DNA of 64,000 nucleotides from a virus (Duplodnaviria; Caudoviricetes): IMG/VR virus record IMGVR_UViG_3300025858_000010, positions 96,001 to 160,000 of that record; one strand, 5' to 3'. Shown piece by piece: positions 60,377 to 64,000 of this stretch (position 1 is its first letter; each line of letters starts with the position of its first letter). The notes under the pieces were generated by a model. It saw only the letters and a program-made list of their open reading frames with translations, ran no database searches and was not told where the DNA came from. The position numbers and the translations under genes were made by a program.

Positions 60377-60811
60377 ATGGAAAAAGAAGAAAAAAGGATA
60401 AATAGACTTAAAAATTGGTTTATAAAAATATTTGATGGTATTGATGTATTAACACAAGATCAACAACTAGCTTTTGATATATTTAAAATATGTTTATATG
60501 ATGATAATAATATTAGATATTTAAATTCCAGTAACTCATATAAAAAATATATAGTTAATAAAAAATTCGTTTTAGATAAAGATGTTAGTACTTTTATTAT
60601 TTTAGAAAGTGGTAAACTCACAATAATTAATCATACATATAAATACGATATTGAAATACCACAAAACACATCGCTTAAAATGAATAAAATGTTCGATCGG
60701 AAAGTAGAAGAGGATAGATCGATAATGGAAAAAGAAATACTTGGGAATATAACTTCGAGTCTTAATATAGTATTAACGAATTTTAAAAACAATCTAGAAT
60801 CAAAATCGTGA
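60377..60811 (+). CDS. Hypothetical protein
   Basis: 144-aa ORF, tightly packed. Confidence 0.6.
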   Translation: MEKEEKRINRLKNWFIKIFDGIDVLTQDQQLAFDIFKICLYDDNNIRYLNSSNSYKKYIVNKKFVLDKDVSTFIILESGKLTIINHTYKYDIEIPQNTSLKMNKMFDRKVEEDRSIMEKEILGNITSSLNIVLTNFKNNLESKS

Positions 60812-61146
60812 AAAAATTCATTATAATTATTTATTTTTTATTTTTATCTTTTTTAAGTTATTCAGCACATCCATTTGGTACCACAAAAGTATTTGATTGT
60901 AAGGATTTAAATAATGGTTGTGAAATGAAAATATATGCAAAAGCTGAATTGGGAACTATATATTTTTATATGGAAGATTATGTGGACGGATATGAATTAT
61001 TTTTATACGATTCGCTAGGGAGAAAATTATTAGAACAAAAAATAGAAAACGAATCTAGTTTTAATAAAGAAAATTTAACAAATGGCCTTTTCGTTATAAA
61101 AATAACTGATGGTAAAAAAGTATCCACGAAAAGAATTTTAATGTAA
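60808..61146 (+). CDS. Signal peptide plus T9SS type-A C-terminal sorting domain-like protein
   Basis: MKKFIIIIYFLFLSFLSYSA signal; LYDSLGRKLL...NLTNGLFVIKIT.GKKVSTKRILM matches the Por secretion tail pattern. Confidence 0.7.
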   Translation: MKKFIIIIYFLFLSFLSYSAHPFGTTKVFDCKDLNNGCEMKIYAKAELGTIYFYMEDYVDGYELFLYDSLGRKLLEQKIENESSFNKENLTNGLFVIKITDGKKVSTKRILM

Positions 61147-61154
61147 ATTCCATT

Positions 61155-61355
61155 CTACTCCCATTCTACATCTTTTTTATAAGAATTCACGAGTTTTTTA
61201 ACTAATTCCTCGGATTGTTCTCTGGTCATATTACCAACAGGAATAATGAATTTTAAAATACGTGTCGGTGTAATTGGAATGGATTCAGGAATGGGATCAT
61301 CATTCCAATCTTCTTCACCGTATGGATCAATTTTTAATTTTTCTTCGTTTGTCAT
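61155..61355 (-). CDS. 66-aa protein: DPYGEEDW tag plus copy of the portal clip segment
   Basis: KFIIPVGNMTREQSEELVKKLVNSYKKDVEWE versus portal KFVIPVGGLTRQQAEQQVYELMSEYHDDVQWD: 16/32 identical, ungapped. Confidence 0.8.
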   Translation of the reverse strand: MTNEEKLKIDPYGEEDWNDDPIPESIPITPTRILKFIIPVGNMTREQSEELVKKLVNSYKKDVEWE

Positions 61356-62320
61356 ATTTTTATCTCTTTTTTCATCATATCATATAAATGTTTTGGCATA
61401 GATTCCTCATCTAATTTCACTAATTTCATATTTCTAATCAATCTTTCATTCATCATATCATCCATAAAGTCATCTTTTAATCTTTTATATAATTTAATAT
61501 GTTCTATGATTCTATTTTTGAATTCGATAGAATTGAAATCGATTGGTTCAGGGTAAGTTTCTTTATATAGAGTATAAATTTTTATTATTCCGTTTTTTCC
61601 AATGCCTCTATCACCTTTCATATAAACTGATTTAATATTATCCTTGTTATGTCCCATTATTTTCATAAATAATTCAAGTTCTGAGTTTAAATGAGTAACT
61701 TTTTTAGATTTGATAAAATTATCTATAAATCTTAAAAAATCTATTTCGTTATTATCTTCGAAAATATCATCGACTATATTTTCTTTTATATGTTTAGTTA
61801 GTAAGTTATAATACTCTGGCACATATACTCTATCATCCAACATCTTATAGTTATACATGATGTTCATATATCTTTTATCAATATCGTAGTTCACTAGTTG
61901 ATAAAGATCGCTATCATTTGACATGATAAAAACAGAATGTCCTTTATCGTTTAGTTTTTTTGTGATATATGAAATAACATCATCCCCTTCTAAATTATCA
62001 ATTTGATATTGAACACAATTTTTCTTTGAAGATATGAATTCTTCTTTAAATCTAGCGAATTCACGATATACAAAATCCCAATTTATATTATCGTTTCTTT
62101 TACGTGTTCCTTTATATCCCTCAAACAATTCTTTTTTCCAGTTTTTATAACTATCTGAAACAAAATATATCTTATCAAAAGGATATAAATTTGTGATATT
62201 ATTGTAATCTCTTTCTATTACATTATATAATTCAGAATACAGAATTTTATTTTTATGTAGTATATGTACGGATTTTTGGAGTAAATAATTTGCATCAAAA
62301 ATCAGGTCAAAATTTATCAT
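61352..62320 (-). CDS. rnh: T4 RNase H-like 5'-3' exonuclease (FEN family)
   Basis: LIFDAN, FVSDS..NW.K..F.GYKG.RK, LEGDDVI, IMSNDSDLYQL, MG...DNI. Confidence 0.85.
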   Translation of the reverse strand: MINFDLIFDANYLLQKSVHILHKNKILYSELYNVIERDYNNITNLYPFDKIYFVSDSYKNWKKELFEGYKGTRKRNDNINWDFVYREFARFKEEFISSKKNCVQYQIDNLEGDDVISYITKKLNDKGHSVFIMSNDSDLYQLVNYDIDKRYMNIMYNYKMLDDRVYVPEYYNLLTKHIKENIVDDIFEDNNEIDFLRFIDNFIKSKKVTHLNSELELFMKIMGHNKDNIKSVYMKGDRGIGKNGIIKIYTLYKETYPEPIDFNSIEFKNRIIEHIKLYKRLKDDFMDDMMNERLIRNMKLVKLDEESMPKHLYDMMKKEIKI

Positions 62321-62422
62321 TCATTAGCATTATTTTTTATTTATAAACATTTTAGCATAAAAAGTTTATTTCGTTTTTATATATAAAACAATAAGTTTAT
62401 TCTTAAAAAATAATTTAAAAAA

Positions 62423-63367
62423 ATGTTTTATAATATGAGTTTCTATGCTTGGTTAATGAACGGGTGGTATTATGTTCGTTTTTATTTCAAATCATATTTA
62501 ACAAATTATTTCAATAAAAAACAAAATAACCCAATTGGAAAAAAAGATTATAATTTAATCTTTTCTGACGAATTTGATCAACAAATCGATTGGGAAAAAT
62601 GGAAATCTTGTGAAAAATGGGGATGTATAAGAGACATGGTTATTTTTAAACAATCCCAGGTTACACAGAATAGTAGTGACGCTATTTTGACATCAGATTT
62701 AAATGATGTACAGGATGAACCAAAAGCCAAAACGGGTGGTTTATATAGTTGGAATTCATTCAATACTACATATGGTTATTTTGAAACAAGAGAAAAATTG
62801 GCAATAGGGGGTCTTAGATACTGGCCAGCGTTTTGGTTATGTTCATCCGATAGTTGGCCTCCGGAAATTGATATTTTTGAATTGATGGGGGATGATAGTT
62901 CTTATTTTACAATGACATTACATTGGAGAAATACATGGACAAATCGAGTCGAAATCGAAAAAATTTATATACAAATATATAAAAAATATGGTTATATTTC
63001 AAATGATTATGACAAAACCATTAAATTCTTACAACAACCCGAATGGACTCAAGAAAAACAAAATTTTATAGATGAATTAGAATCTTTAACACCATTAGAA
63101 CAAAAAGGAAGACGATTGAAATTTCCAAAAAAAGATTTTTTATCTTTGGATTATCACATTTATGCCTGCGAATGGGAATATAATAAAGTTGTTTGGTATA
63201 TTGATAATTTACCGGTTTATATTCTAGATAAACACATCCCAGATAAAAATATGCTAGCTTTAATAAATAATAACTACGTATATGATAATGAATATGGTCC
63301 AGTGCCATCACAACTTCCTATGAGCATTTATTGTGATTATTTTAGAGTCTATGAACCAATCCAATGA
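62423..63367 (+). CDS. Glycoside hydrolase family 16 protein
   Basis: LIFSDEF, YGYFE.R, WPAFWL, catalytic EIDIFE, YHIYACEW....WYID, DYFRVY. Confidence 0.9.
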   Translation: MFYNMSFYAWLMNGWYYVRFYFKSYLTNYFNKKQNNPIGKKDYNLIFSDEFDQQIDWEKWKSCEKWGCIRDMVIFKQSQVTQNSSDAILTSDLNDVQDEPKAKTGGLYSWNSFNTTYGYFETREKLAIGGLRYWPAFWLCSSDSWPPEIDIFELMGDDSSYFTMTLHWRNTWTNRVEIEKIYIQIYKKYGYISNDYDKTIKFLQQPEWTQEKQNFIDELESLTPLEQKGRRLKFPKKDFLSLDYHIYACEWEYNKVVWYIDNLPVYILDKHIPDKNMLALINNNYVYDNEYGPVPSQLPMSIYCDYFRVYEPIQ

Positions 63368-63379
63368 CAACAAATAAAA

Positions 63380-63661
63380 TTAAATAAAATAAGATACTCT
63401 ATCGAAATGAGTACCATCATTATCCTCGTATGTATAGAAAATTGTTATGGATTCTAATTTTCCTTTATTTCTGATTTTTTGACCGCCTTCAACTATCATA
63501 TTATCATTTTTATATTTCAATTCTATTCCAGGTTTTTCTCCGAGAATATTCAAAAGATCATTTTTAATTTGACTGACGCTAATTGAGTTTTCATCGAGTT
63601 CTACTAATGACATATAATCATTTATTTGTTTTCTTCTCAATTCAATTATATTATTCATCAT
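63380..63661 (-). CDS. Hypothetical protein
   Basis: 93-aa ORF. Confidence 0.55.
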   Translation of the reverse strand: MMNNIIELRRKQINDYMSLVELDENSISVSQIKNDLLNILGEKPGIELKYKNDNMIVEGGQKIRNKGKLESITIFYTYEDNDGTHFDRVSYFI

Positions 63662-63684
63662 TATAAATTATTATTTTTTTATAT

Positions 63685-64000
63685 TTAGATTAATTTGTCT
63701 ATTTTGTTTAAAAAATCTTCTTTATTAAATGGTTTTGATAAAAAATCGTCACAACCCAATCTAAAAGCCTTATTTTTTTGATCCGGCATAGTTACAGCGG
63801 ATTCAACTATAATTGGAATTCTCTCATCGTAATTTCTTATTTCTTTTAATATTTCGTAACCATCTATACCCGGTAAACCAATATCCAGCAATACTAAATC
63901 GATATCTTCTTTTTTTATTATATTCAAAACATCATCGTTACCTTCAGTGCATATAAATACTTGAACATTGGTTTCTAATAGATGGAATTTCATAATTTTC
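63685..64000 (-). CDS. Response regulator receiver domain (5' end probably beyond the window)
   Basis: DLVLLDIGLPGIDGYE, PII..SA, GCDDFLSKP; the frame stays open to the window edge. Confidence 0.88.
   Translation of the reverse strand, partial: KIMKFHLLETNVQVFICTEGNDDVLNIIKKEDIDLVLLDIGLPGIDGYEILKEIRNYDERIPIIVESAVTMPDQKNKAFRLGCDDFLSKPFNKEDFLNKIDKLI

Noticed and set aside
1860-61328. DPYGEEDW as a DNA-level mobile repeat (MITE/REP) or a graspetide core
   Set aside because: There are no terminal inverted repeats or target duplications and the variation is synonymous. It lacks the Thr/Ser/Lys donors and precursor architecture of microviridin-type cores.
1-64000. Stop-codon reassignment as in Lak-type megaphages
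   Set aside because: Capsid, portal, GluRS and other long genes are uninterrupted in code 11; the breaks seen are frameshifts, not in-frame TAG/TGA.
1-64000. Bacterial chromosome or eukaryotic giant virus origin
   Set aside because: The T4-like portal, protease, capsid, gp4 and gp55 cluster and phage-style gene packing indicate a tailed bacteriophage despite the aaRS, IF-3 and LRR genes.

Overview
This is a very AT-rich, gene-dense 64 kb segment of a large (jumbo/mega) T4-like phage genome read in the standard genetic code. The host is most likely Bacteroidota: GluRS and IF-3 look Bacteroidota-type, TAnnTTTG promoters are present, and one protein has a T9SS C-terminal domain. It carries the head module (major capsid protein, protease-scaffold fusion, portal, gp2-like, gp4-like, gp55-like late sigma, gp14-like neck), FN3/beta-repeat virion proteins, and the N-terminal half of a split family B DNA polymerase. 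It also has RNase H, thymidine kinase, translation genes (GluRS, an anticodon-less class II aaRS paralog, IF-3), a RimK-family ATP-grasp ligase, and six intact free-standing endonuclease genes next to conserved genes. The most striking unexplained signal is a two-part peptide tagging pattern spread over unrelated ORFs. About 20 proteins start with a leader resembling the T4 capsid-targeting sequence (MKx[F/Y]xxFxxE). An acidic octapeptide DPY[G/D/N]EE[D/E/N/I]W occurs 14 times intact with synonymous codon variation. Tagged proteins include five LRR proteins built from shuffled 66-bp cassettes, a 66-aa copy of the portal clip segment, and a gene with a duplicated leader-to-tag module. Four tandem paralogous putative enzymes, an ART-like protein and the ATP-grasp ligase carry the leader only. 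All assignments come from reading motifs by eye; no database searches were run.
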